The position numbers and the translations under genes were made by a program. The notes beneath the pieces are model-generated. The model worked only from the letters and a program-made list of their open reading frames with translations. It was not told the origin of the DNA and did no database searches. This document shows, one piece after another, positions 52,201 to 64,000 of a stretch of DNA of 64,000 bases; within the stretch, counting starts at the first letter, position 1, and each line of letters begins with the position of its first letter. This stretch comes from Phoronis australis (lineage: Eukaryota; Animalia; Phoronida), in assembly GCA_002633005.1 (NCBI GenBank), contig NMRA01000131.1, positions 621,808 through 685,807 on the forward strand, given 5' to 3'.

Positions 52201-55200
52201 TTAACTTGACACGTGTTGTAGGACCTGTTCACACATGACTGGGTGGCTGTCAAAGTTCTACATACGGCGTTTTATGAGCTGGGGGCCCAGGAAATAGACT
52301 TGATTCGTCGCATAAACCTGGCTGATCCATACAATGCCTCATCAACATTGCGAATGAAGGTATTAAGTTAAGGGACTGTTGACAATTTTCACCATTTTTG
52401 AGTGTATGAAATGTATGCTTTAGTGGAGAAGGANCATTGAAGAAAGAGGATGTGAAAAGACAAATTTCAACACTTTGTTTATGGCTTTTCTCAACATCCA
52501 TTAGAAAAACGTCAAAGCAATCAGCAGCATTAACAAGTCTGTGATTCTTTGACGGAAACATTCAAGCTCTTTCGTAATGGATGACACATGTATACACCTT
52601 GCATAAATAAAAACTTGTCTACAAAGAACAGCACCTTTTTTGTTCGCTTTTATGAAAAATGGTGGTAATTGTGAATTCTTGTTTCTTAGTACTCCTGTAC
52701 TCCTTTTTCTCTATTTTGTTTTGAAATTTTGTTTTTTCAACGTAGACATTTCTAACCGTGTGTACAATGTTTTCAACAGTTAAGTCATGACATGTGCAAA
52801 TGTGAATGTAAATTCGAGAAAATTCAGGAAAAAGTTCCAAAGCTGATTACCTTACTGCAAATAGGAGCTTTACCAAATATTGCTTGGTGACATTTCTACA
52901 GTACAAACTAAGCTAAACATAAACTAAAATTTTCTTAAGGAGGCATTAAACCCATGTTTTCTGTCAAAAAATAAGTTTTGATTTGGGCCACATTCCATTA
53001 GGAGACTGGTCTTGTCTGTTCTTTACTTAGTTTAGAAGTGATTTCTGGGATAGGTAAGAACTGACAGTTAGTATGTTTTTAAACCGAGCTCGTCAAATTT
53101 CATGCTGTGACTTGAATTTTTTTACTTTAGTCTAAAGTAATAATGAACTATCAGTTCTTTCCAAACCCTAAACCACCTCTAATTTGACTTAGAACCAAGT
53201 GGTCTAAATTAAACTTTGTTTTTTTTTGTGATGGAAGGTGGGTTTATAGCTGGTTTGAACTTTGTTTTTGTGAAAATTTGACAAAGTGATATTTTACTTG
53301 TTCTATCATATTCTGTTCTACATAGGTGGAAGATCATATGTGTACTTTTCTAGAAATGGTCGAGTCGTCATGACTAAGTGTTCTTGTAGATGCTTTTCGA
53401 TGCCTATAGATTTTTTGAAGGACCAATGTGTATTTGTTGAAAATGTGTTACATGTGTTGTTAAAATGCTCTGAACTTTGAACTGTATAAGACACACACAT
53501 CACCTTCACTTAACACTCAGATAACTTGGCTTTTACTGCTAAGTCAACCATAGTCTATCCTTGCTTGGAGAATAGCTTTGTTGTTATTTGTTAATGAAAG
53601 ATCGAAACTTCAGGTAAGACATACACGACTTCCTAGTAGTGGGATAGGCCTACTATGTTTTCCAGTTTGTACTGGTTGTTTTGCTGCTCAACTGTATCTT
53701 GTTCATAGTTCATCCCAAGTTAAGACCAGGTTAAACTTGTGATGTGTTGCTGTCTAACCACTGGCTAACTCTCCTTACTTTGTCTCCATAGAATGTGTTC
53801 ATGTATGACGATCATTTCTGCATGGTATTCGAGTACTTGGTTCCCAAACCACTCCTGGGCTACTTCAAGCAGTTGGACAGTGACAAAGTGAGTGTAACTG
53901 AACAGATGTCTGGTATGGTATTGTCTAAGGTGTTGTGGGTGATATTACTTAGACAGTGACAAGGTGAGTGTAACTGAACAGATGTCTGGTATGGTATGGT
54001 ATGGTATTGTCTAGGGCATTGTGCGTGATATTACTTGGACAGTGACAGGGTGAGTGTAACTGAACAGATGTCTGGTATGGTATTGTCTAGGATGTTGTGG
54101 GTGATATTACTTGGACAGTGACAGGGTGAGTGTAACCGAACAGATGTCTGGTATGGTATTGTCTAGGGTGTTGTGGGTGATATTACTTGGACAGTGACAA
54201 GGTGAGTGTAACTGATCAGATGTCTGGTATGGTATTGTCTAGGTGTTGTGGGTGATATTACTAAGAGGTCTTTACATTCAACCTGTCAATCTGTACATAT
54301 AGATAGATGTAAATTAATTGTTTAATTCACAAAATTATTGTTTATGTCTCAATTTCCTTAGCATCATATGTGCCCGGTTGCATTAAAGTTGTACTTTTGA
54401 TAGCAACAGTGATATACTATCGAGAGACACGCTACCCTTGTTGAACAATAGCTTTGGTCTCATGTACCAGTCATAGCCATCCATGTCTTTTATGACCAGG
54501 CTTGAAACAGTGTTATAGAGAATAACACAGATATATTTGAACAATCACTTATGGTCAACATGGATGTATCTGCATGACCAAATGTGGAGTTTGAATTGAC
54601 AAACATGAACTTTCAGTGATTTTTATGTGTATCTGTATGATTCTCTCTGGCAGTATTCTGACAATGATTCGGTAATTAAAATCAAAATGTGGACGATAAT
54701 CGTTTTTACCTTTGTTACGTTTTATGTCCCTAACTTTTGTGCTAAGTCTAAATGTTATTCTGCACACATGTATAGCAATACTACTTTTCAGTGGTATAAT
54801 TTAATGTCATCAATATGATTGTATAGTTTCATTAACATTGATATCCAAATGCAAAACTATTACTGTATAGTTAACCAATCTATAATTTTAAGAAAATATT
54901 TCATCAATTATCTTTTAATGTTTTCTTTCTTAGTTACTGCCTCTGATTCGTAAAGTGGCTGTCCGCCTTGTGACGGCTCTTGGATTCCTACAACAAGAGA
55001 ACGTCATTCATGCAGACCTTAAGCCTGAAAACCTCCTTTTAGCGGAAGGTTTGTTGCACAACTTCCTAAACTATCCATATATGGTAATGAAGTGAAGTTA
55101 CATTACTTCTAATAGTACCTATTGAAAATGCATACATCTCATTCTTCATATTGAATAGATGTGGAATTAACCAAACTTAGCAGATTAAAACTGCTGTGAT

Positions 55201-58200
55201 TCTGCCTGAGGCTGAAGCCAGTTAGATATTGCCAAAATGTGATGCTCTTTTGTTACCCGTGTGTGTGTGTGTGTGAAAAGTATGTTTTTGGTTACTGAAA
55301 TAATTATATGTATTTACAATTCAGAAATAATAGTTGTAATCTCAAACACAGTGGCAGAATGAGTAGATTTGATGTTTTTCCTGGTCGCGAGGTAAATCAG
55401 ATCAAGCATGTCACTCGTAAAAGGCTGGGAACCCTTCAACATTTTCCAACTGATATTCGTGCTAAATTATTTTAATTTGGTTAAAGACACGACTGTATTT
55501 TTGTTGGACAGCTTGATATATAATCTATAATGCTTTCTATACACCAACATGGCTGTAAAATGTCTAGGAATAAATAGTAGACAGCACCACTTTTCACTAT
55601 CCAGAAAACGATACCTGTCGGTTAAACATTTTGGAGTCTATTGATTAGTCACAAACAACCTTTGTTGAATGAGTAGCTCACAGGAGTTTACCACACGCTA
55701 ACTCTGTTCCGTTAGGCCTGTGAGCTTCCTACTGTGTGATACATTCATACTCTCAGCTTGTATGCCCTTCTACCTGCTGTCACTGTTTATTTCACTGTTT
55801 ATTTCACTTCCACCACATTCATTTTACCAGTGCCTGAGTATGAGACATGTGGTCTCGAAATTTAACTACTGTTTTAACTTGTTTGTTTGTAATGTCTATT
55901 GCCAATTTGCTTTACAACTTGGACAGTATAAGCGAGTATATATGAAGCTGTCTAACAAAAAGTGCAGTCGTGTCTTCAACCAAGCTTGTGTTCATGAAAG
56001 GCTGCTGGTGAACTACTAATTATTTTAATGTAAACAGTATGAATGCAGTCTGACTAGTTATGTTTTTCATTTCAGATAACGTGCCCAGTTCATTGAAGGT
56101 TGTTGACTTTGGTAATGCAATTCACTGTGTACATGATGAGCTGTCACTATACTATGAAGACTTTGAGTTACAGACGTTACTTTACAGAGCACCAGAGGTC
56201 AGTGCAGTCTGTTTACATAACACCATTGAGCCAACTCAATACTTTCTTTTGAGCAAAGCCTGTGTTGTTTATTTGTGTTTGCTGAATGGATGTTAAGGCA
56301 GGATCAAGATGTGGGCCTTTTGCTTAGCCATTTACGGCACTTTCTATCATTGCATGCTTTGTAAATTTACTCAGTTAACTTGGAAAAACGATTTTCCAAG
56401 ATGTTTAGGGATCTGTATTTTTAGCAAATGTAACATCAAAAATGGTTGCACCCTCTCTAAGGAACATAACCCACAGTTTTCAAAGCATACTGTGGAACTT
56501 TGATCCCCTACACTGTTTGACAGCAACTGACTATAATTCCATTCTAAGTTTACAAGTTAAAGGGACATCATCAGCAATAACTTCGCTTGTTTGAAGTCGG
56601 CCCTAACAGATTTGAATCCATGACCTTAGTGGTCGAAGTCTGACGGTCTGCTAAAAATGCAGCAAGTAGCCGAGTATTTTAACTAATAAGATTAGTTGGC
56701 GCGGCAGCGATTTCAGTTAATTTTTATTCACCCACATATTTATGTGTGGACACATTATGTCGTCATCTCCGTCTGTCCGTCCGGCGTCCGTCCGTCCGGC
56801 GTCCAGCATCCACTGCTCTATGTCCAAAACCCTTTGACGTATGTTCATGAAATTTTGCACATATGTTCCTATCATGGATGGGACGGCATGAGCGAACTTT
56901 CGGACGGATCCGACTACCGGTGTGCCCCCTAGTGGCAATTTTAGTTTTTTACGCTTACCTCTATATCTTCAAAGGTCCTCAACGTATTTTCATAAAATTT
57001 GGCATATAGTCATCTATTAATGAGATGACGCTATGCTCTTGTTTTCGGATGGATTCGACGTAGTTTGCGCTGCCTAGTGGCCATTTTTGCTGTTTTCGAG
57101 TCTGTTTTTGGCGTCCACCCCTCTGTCAACCAAACCGCTCTAAGGATGATTGTCAAATTTGGCATGTATTTTTTTATTATGAAGAGGACAGCTGACGATT
57201 TTCCGACGATTTCAACTATTGTGGCGCCTCCTAGTGGCAGTTTTGTCTCTTTTTGCGCCCATGGCTGTATCTCCTAAACCATTGGAAGGATCTTTACTAA
57301 ATTCTGCAAGTGCATTTATATGATGTTGGCAATGAAAGACGACGACTTTCGGACGGATCTGACTACCGGTGTGCCCTCTAGTGGCAATTTAATTTTTTAC
57401 ATTTACTTCTGTATCTTCAAATGTCCTCAGCGTATTTTCATAAAATTTGTAATATAGGCACCTATAAGTGAGATGAAGCTATCCTCCCGTTTTCAGACGG
57501 ATTTGACATAGTTTGCGCCACCTAGGCCATTTTTACTGTTTTTTAGTCTGTTTTTTGGCGTCCACCCCTCTATCAACCAAACCGCACTAAGGATGACTGT
57601 GAAAATTGGCATGTATGTTCTTACTACGAAGCTGACGATGATTTTCCAATGACTTCAACTACTGTGGTAGTTTTGTTTTTTTGCGCCCATGGCTGTATCT
57701 CCTAAACAGTTTGCAGCATCTTTGCTAAATTTAGCAAGTGTATTTACATGATGTTGACAACGGATGACAACTTTCGGACAGATCTGACTACCAGTGTGCC
57801 CCCTAGTGTCAATTTTCATTTTTTAGGCTTACCTCTGTATCTTCAAATGTCTTAAAGGGATTATCAGAAAGTTTGGAATACAGGCATTTATTGGTGAGAT
57901 GATGCTATCCTCCCGCTTTCGGATGGAATCGAGGTACTTTGCGCCACCTAGTGGCCATTTTTCCTGTTTTTGAGTTTTGTTTTTTGGCGTCCACCCCTCG
58001 ATCAACCAAACCATTCTGAGAATGACTTTGAAAATTGACGTATATGTTCTTAGTGTGAAGATAGCGGTTGACAATAACTAATTCGACTACTGTAGCGCCT
58101 CCTAGTGGTAGTTTTGTTTTGTGACCATAGCTGCATCTCCTAAACTCACTGCAGGATCTTTATTAAATTTAGTAATTGTATTTATATTAAGTTAACAACC

Positions 58201-61200
58201 GATGACGACGTCTTTCACGCGGATCCAATGAAGGCTGTGTCCCATAGTGGCAATTTCATTTTTTCTGTTTTCCTTTGTTTCTCTGAAGTTCCTTGACAGA
58301 TTTTTATGAAATTTTGGTAAATAGCTTTCTTTTGAAGAAGCGATGGCATGTTCCCATTTTCAGATGGATTGGACATTTTTTCGCGCTCTGGTGGCTATTT
58401 TTATAAAACAAAAAAAGTTTTGCCGTTTCATAGCTCTGGTCAAAACCAATAACTTATAAAGTCTTATCTTTCTTAACAATAATCTTGAAAAATGCATTTT
58501 GACCCAGTCACAACGGAGTTGTTTTCCTATTGTCTTAAGAAAAATACATGCTTGTGGTAATACCTTACTAAAAGTTCTTATTCCCGCATTTTGTTTTTGT
58601 ATTCTTTCCATTGGCTAAAGGCAATTACCAACACAGACTGGTGTTTGTTCAATGCATGGTGTGAGCACAGAAACTAGATGTGTATCTGAGATAACCAGGA
58701 TATCATATTTTTAATGAAAGTAACACCAAAAACATTCTCTTGTTCATGTAATGTTTTTCTTACCTTAAGAAGTTACAAAACATAAGCTGTTGTTGTGGCT
58801 TGGGGAAACTCTCAAGTAGACGTATTGAATATTTGTACTTTTTAGGTGATGTTTGGTTGTCCGTTCAGTACAGAGATTGACATGTGGTCTGTGGGCTGTA
58901 TACTGGCTGAGTTGTATCTTGGGGAGCCCCTCTTCAGTGGCCTTAGCAAGTCTGAAGTTGTCAGCAAGGTACAAATAGGTTTTCAAAACTATTCTGCTTA
59001 CACAGTGTTGTTACGCAGTAGATTCACTAACATACGGAGCAGAATTGTGTGGTCATTGGCCGACACAAGCACAGCACAGATAGTGTGAGTGAGGATTGTT
59101 TGCATGAGTATCCACATTGTGTGGTTGAAATGGCATCATCATTGAGAGTTTCTAACAGCACTGAAGATGAAGAAGTCAGATTGTTGGGATGAGTGCATTA
59201 CGTCTGATATGCTATCCATGAACACAGCTCTACAGTCAACCACTTTTTGAGGACTCTATTTATTGTCTGATCATGACCTAATAAGAAATTATGTGACTAT
59301 TTTTGTCCTCTCATTTAGAATTTTGATGATTATATTTAAAGTTAATTAATGACTAGTGCAGTCTGAAATTCATTAATTGAATTCAATATTTTGTGACATC
59401 CAATATATGCTAGCAAGTAGCAGTTTGAGGAAGTTGAGCACTTATATGAAAAACTAGGTCAATTGTTTTTTGATCTGTTTTAACACTAAAATCCTTGCAA
59501 TAACTCAGTTTATCATAAACATGTGATGTATATGACCTTCAATAGTTGCTTGACGCATGGTCATATCTGACACTCGGTTATTAGTGCATGAAACCATTCA
59601 TTAACCTCTTAATGTGCATACCTTTACATGTCTTGCCAGACCGCCTGTAAGTTATCTCACCTTTATTTAGGTGATCAGTTTTAAGCTGTGAATATCTTGT
59701 GCACAGAGAAATGGATGATCTAAGGTCCAATTATCACTTGCTTTTTTACCAAATTTTTTATTGCGATTGTGGCTGTTATGATATAACGTTATGTCTTAGT
59801 TGAAAACAGAACAAGATACCTCAGGTGCAGGCTTCCACTTTGTTCAGCACCTTATGCAAAACATGAAATATTTTAAAAATAAGCCCTTGTAATGTTTTTA
59901 GGAGCAGTGCATCAATCAATGTGAGTGCCATTTAAATTCCGATCAACCATTTCTGAGGTGTTATGTCTGAAATAAGCCAAATTTTGCTTTTAGTGTCGTA
60001 GTGTTGCTCTTAACTTTAAGTGTAAATACTGCTGAAGTTTGACATTATTTGGTCAGTTGTTGAGTTGAACATGCAGTATGTTACCTGAAAATCCACCTCA
60101 TCAGTGATCATACTGATTTTATTTGGTTTTACAGTATTGCATTAAAAAATTAGCTTTGCAGAAATGCAGTGGTCTCATTCAGTGTTTATGTGACTTTATT
60201 TCTTATTTTTGTGACCTGTTGCGAGTCAGCAGATCTCATAAAACAAAACCAGTTGTATATTATTTTTTAATATTGACATATTAGATAGGTACATGAAAGG
60301 CCATTAGAGTAACGTGATATTCTTTGAAGGGTGAAGGTCTTTTCTAACCTTATTTCCATTGTTTATACACAGACCTGACCAGGTGGGACTGAGCATTTTT
60401 AAAATTCCCCCTTCCTTAACTGTTTCAGATGACGCACCTGTTGGGCCCATTTCCTAGCCACACATTTAAGACAGGGAAGTTCTTTGGTGATCTGCAGGGC
60501 ATGTGTACAACCAAGGATCAATTTGATGGTATTTTTATCACTGCTACATGTGACTAAGTGTCTCTTTAACACTGAGTTTGTGGAGATCATTTGTATGTGT
60601 TATGTCCCTTGTGAGTGCTTGGTTACTAGGAAGGAAAACAAATGACATTACCAGAATCACACCCATATATATATATATTATTAGCTTTTGCTATTATGGT
60701 CAGAGCTGTGGTCTTTCTCGTAATCTTAACAAACTCAACGCTTGTTTTTAATGCAAGCTGAACATGTTTTTATTACTTGGTGACATTGAAAATTTCACCA
60801 TGTTGTTTTGCCATCAACTTTTTTGTTTGTTTGCACTCTGCTAGGCACATTTTTCGTACGATTCACACGAAATTCACACACACAACCTCTAATCCGGAAG
60901 TGCTGGAAGCCTATTGTTTTTTCATGATCAGATTCAAAATGGTGGACGTAGTGGTCATTTTGTTTTCAAATTTATATTCAAATGCCCATAGAGACCGCAA
61001 TTTTTGACAAACACAGCAAATCAGTACGATTATTGTACCAGACGTCTACTACAAATGTGCCGGAAATCATTTACTTCCAGTCAAAGATGGCGGAAATATT
61101 GGCCATTGCGCATGCGCACCTCGATTTCGGGACGAAAATGCTTTGTCTTGTAGAGAGTGCATTGTAGGATCAATTTGCTTCAAAATTTTTCATGTATTGA

Positions 61201-63110
61201 GTTTCCTATAGCTAGCTATTATTGAATGCTGATTAACCGGAAGTTGTTTTCAAAATGGCGGATCTGACGCACTTTCATCCATTTTCAATCATGCTGGGGT
61301 GCTATTTTGAACAGGAAGAGAAAATAATTTGAATTTTGAACGTGCATTCTCTAAGCTATACCCTTTCAAATGAACTACAACATTTTTTTTCTCAGACTTA
61401 CCTGTTTTTGAGTTATTTAACTTTCAATTTCAAAAAATGCAAAATTTGAAAAGTTTTGAAAAATTTGTGGAATTTTATGAAACTAATCTGTTAGATAGAT
61501 TTTCGAACGGGCTTTCAGAATATGTTTTCCATCTTTCGTTACGTCTCGTTTTTTGAATTATTCAGGATTATCTGATGATGCTGTTCCTTTGTTGACTGAA
61601 TCTCGCTTCACTTTTGTTGGTTTACCTTGTATTGAACAAGAATATATTTATTACTCATTTTTGTCATATTCATTCGTCATATGATTGCTATCATCATGTT
61701 CATCATCAACACCACCGTCATCATCATTGTCATCGTCATCTCCATTGTCCTCTTTTCCGTCAATTTCGCCAAGTGTTTCTCCTCCGAGCGCTTTCATTTT
61801 AACTCGATAGTGAATTCAAAAAGGTTATTGCAGCCATAGTTTTGAAAATTAACTTTGTGATGTATGTTTTCAGTTATTTTTTCAAAAACAAAAATTTATC
61901 TGAAATCCACTGATGTGTTTGTTGTCTTGTGGCTGTAGGGGTGGAAATGGGGGGAGTGGGGGTGAGGCGGTTGGTTGCACAGCCGCCAACTGACCTGGGG
62001 GACTAAGTTTTATTCACTCCTCATGAAAGAAAACATTCCTATCCCACTGATTTGTTGTCAAAAGCAGTAATCATAGAGTTGACCAGCCCACTATGTCAAA
62101 AACGGATGTGGATGTTTTTGTGGGACCTTTGAAAATAGTGATAAAATTTTTGGTAAGTAAATGAGGCAGCCAGACATGCTGTTTTTATTTTTTGCAGCTA
62201 CAGTCAAGTGAAAACCAGAATGAAATGAGCTTTTTTATTCCCTTCCGAAGGTGAAGGGGAAATAGCAATGGTTGGCATCATTCCGTGAATGGTTCCGTGC
62301 CTTCTGTGCCCACATGTAACCCTTATCCCAAGAGTGACCCAATGCTGGTAAATGGCATTCCGTTCTCAAGTCTACTCCGGTGATAAAAAGATATTAGGTC
62401 TTTCGTCATTACCACCACTTGAGCCTGTAATCAACAAGCTTTACTCGAGACTACTGGAAAATTAACCAATTCGAAACTTCGTCTAAAGTGTTGAAGATGC
62501 TTGGCCAATCTTTCAGTGGTGTAGGTTAAAGTTTGGTAGTCTTGGGCCATTTTGAATATCGACTTAATACCTAGTCTTGCAATGTTTGAGTCGGCTGTGT
62601 TGTTTCAGTTCACTGTGTTGTTTTTAGCTTATGAAAGTAGGTCAGGCTTGATGAACTATGTAACCATGGCAACTTGTTTGTTAATTACAACAATGTCATC
62701 AGTCATCAAGGCTTTATAGTGTTGTTCAGAAAAAAACAAAAAATTTTGTGTTACCTTCATAAAAGACACTAATCATTGGTTATCTTAGGGAGACATTTTC
62801 ACCATTAATTACGTTTTGCCCACCTGTATGCTTGCAACAATAGAAAAGTGTCGTAAATGACCCATCAAAAGCAACGCATCTTTTTTCTGCCATTGAGCAA
62901 ACATGACTGCCACACTGTTTTCAATAAGGAGTAAGACATATTGTTTGCCCAATGGAAACAAGATGTGCACTCTTTTTTGTAAATTTTATCAAGTAGTCCT
63001 GTGAATTCCTCTTGTTCTTCCAGGCACACTTCACATCAAGCAGAAGTTGGGTGAGAGTAGTGACTATTTGTTTTCCAATTTCCTTGCTGGTCTTCTCAGG
63101 TATAATCCAG
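49300..63110 (+). CDS. Divergent CMGC Ser/Thr kinase (DYRK/HIPK/Yak1-related), 3'-partial (continues beyond the window)
   Basis: Phase-consistent exons 49300-49340, 49888-50003, 51043-51170, 52222-52359, 53792-53887, 54934-55047, 56096-56197, 58846-58968, 60429-60528, 63024-63110. Motifs IGQGQSS, VAVK, QE (alphaC), [61 protein letters not shown]. Confidence 0.9.
51773..52049. repeat. 46-bp minisatellite, 6 copies
   Basis: GACAAGTTACTATGATATTCATAACATTTTGGATAATGGATATAAA head-to-tail in a kinase intron. Confidence 0.95.
53873..54262 (+). repeat. 76-bp tandem repeat, 5 copies, spanning an exon-intron junction
   Basis: Units start at 53873, 53949, 54035, 54111 and 54187; each contains the exon end TTGGACAGTGACA.. 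plus the donor GTGAGT. Confidence 0.95.
56718..58400 (+). mobile_element. Helentron/HINE-like element with ~430-450-bp internal tandem units (~3.3 copies)
   Basis: T-rich start TTTTTATTCACCC, a (GTCC)n microsatellite at ~56770-56803, and unit anchors GACTACC.GTGTGCCC at 56912, 57361 and 57786. Confidence 0.7.
60678..61280 (+). mobile_element. Degenerate interspersed repeat (HINE-like)
   Basis: TATTATTAGC start after (TA)n, with repeated TCAAAATGG(C/T)GGA and CCGGAAGT motifs typical of such elements. Confidence 0.35.
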
Positions 63111-64000
63111 GTATGTAGACACTACAACAGCACTGTTTACACTGTTTACACGTTTACACACAATGCTTGCCTGAATTGTGTATTTAAACTGGTGTCAAAC
63201 TGCATATTGCATATCTAGCTCTAGCAAACCTTAAAATTTCCTTTATGTGTATCAGTTGTGCATGATTTTTCGCTTTCCATCTTTTGTGTTATTGGTTTGA
63301 TTTTTGCATGATCTTATAGCTTATTAGTGAAAAATCTCACTGATTTAAGGCAGACTTTCAGCTGAAATCAACTTTCTTGTACTGGTTACTGCGCCACCTT
63401 GTGATGTAATGTTGCAACCAGAACAAGGGTATAAAGTCAATCTACGGAAACCCAAAAAGTGATTACAGAATGGCATTTTCAGATATTTGAGGAATAACAA
63501 AAGTCTAACTGAAACATTCCAATACAAGCTGATTTTAGGTATTTGAAAAAATATATGAAAATTATTGAAACTGACCATTTACTTTGTGCTCTCATTCAGT
63601 TCTGCAGTTATTATATTCTTAATTTAGTTATAACTGAACTGCGCTAACTGAAAGTGCTGTGAGAAGTCTGACTTTTGTTGGTTTAAGGTTATCTGAAACT
63701 TTATTTAGTATCCTCCATTCTAATTTCGTCAACTAATAAAAGTAAATATTTTTTTTTCCACACAATGAGCTATCTCATGGATTTTACACAACACGCGCTG
63801 GAGACTGATACAAAGCCAAGTAAGAAATGGATAACAGAAATCAAGTCGGTGATTTAAGCGCGTCGTTAGCATAAGATCAAAACAATGAAATGTGAAATTG
63901 AAGGAATTTGGGTGAGGATTTATCTCTTTTCACAACTTGCTGTGTTCGTTACCACAGAGTCACAGAGGTGTGAGGCAACTCGGAGCATTCCTTCTCAGTG

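Noticed and set aside
56590-56665. tRNA-Arg-like sequence on the minus strand
   Set aside because: Anticodon and acceptor stems are broken; at most a decayed SINE head.
61690-61750. His-rich ORF 61614-61802
   Set aside because: A (CAT)n-type intronic microsatellite; no coding support.

Overview
AT-rich, intron-containing animal genomic DNA, most likely a protostome/lophotrochozoan invertebrate (inferred from gene content, repeat types and bantam seed sites). There are no prokaryotic features, rRNA or CRISPR arrays. Four spliced protein-coding genes were reconstructed by hand with phase-consistent GT-AG introns. (1) A klarsicht-like KASH-domain nuclear-envelope protein (+, 51-7400). (2) A type I membrane protein with an IgGFc-binding (FCGBP N-terminal) domain, acidic DNDCDG repeats and a mucin stalk (-, 9214-15246). 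(3) A disordered BH3-only protein combining Bim-like and Bad-like motifs (-, 30216-42965); its putative 3'UTR carries three bantam seed matches plus miR-92, miR-8 and Pumilio sites. (4) A divergent DYRK/HIPK-related CMGC kinase (+, 49300 to beyond the window). Between the divergently transcribed genes 3 and 4 lies a ~670-nt GC-rich segment dense in helices that I could not assign to a known RNA family. The remainder is introns and intergenic DNA with MITEs, Helentron/HINE-like elements carrying CTCF-like motif arrays, and minisatellites. All calls are by eye; no database searches were run.
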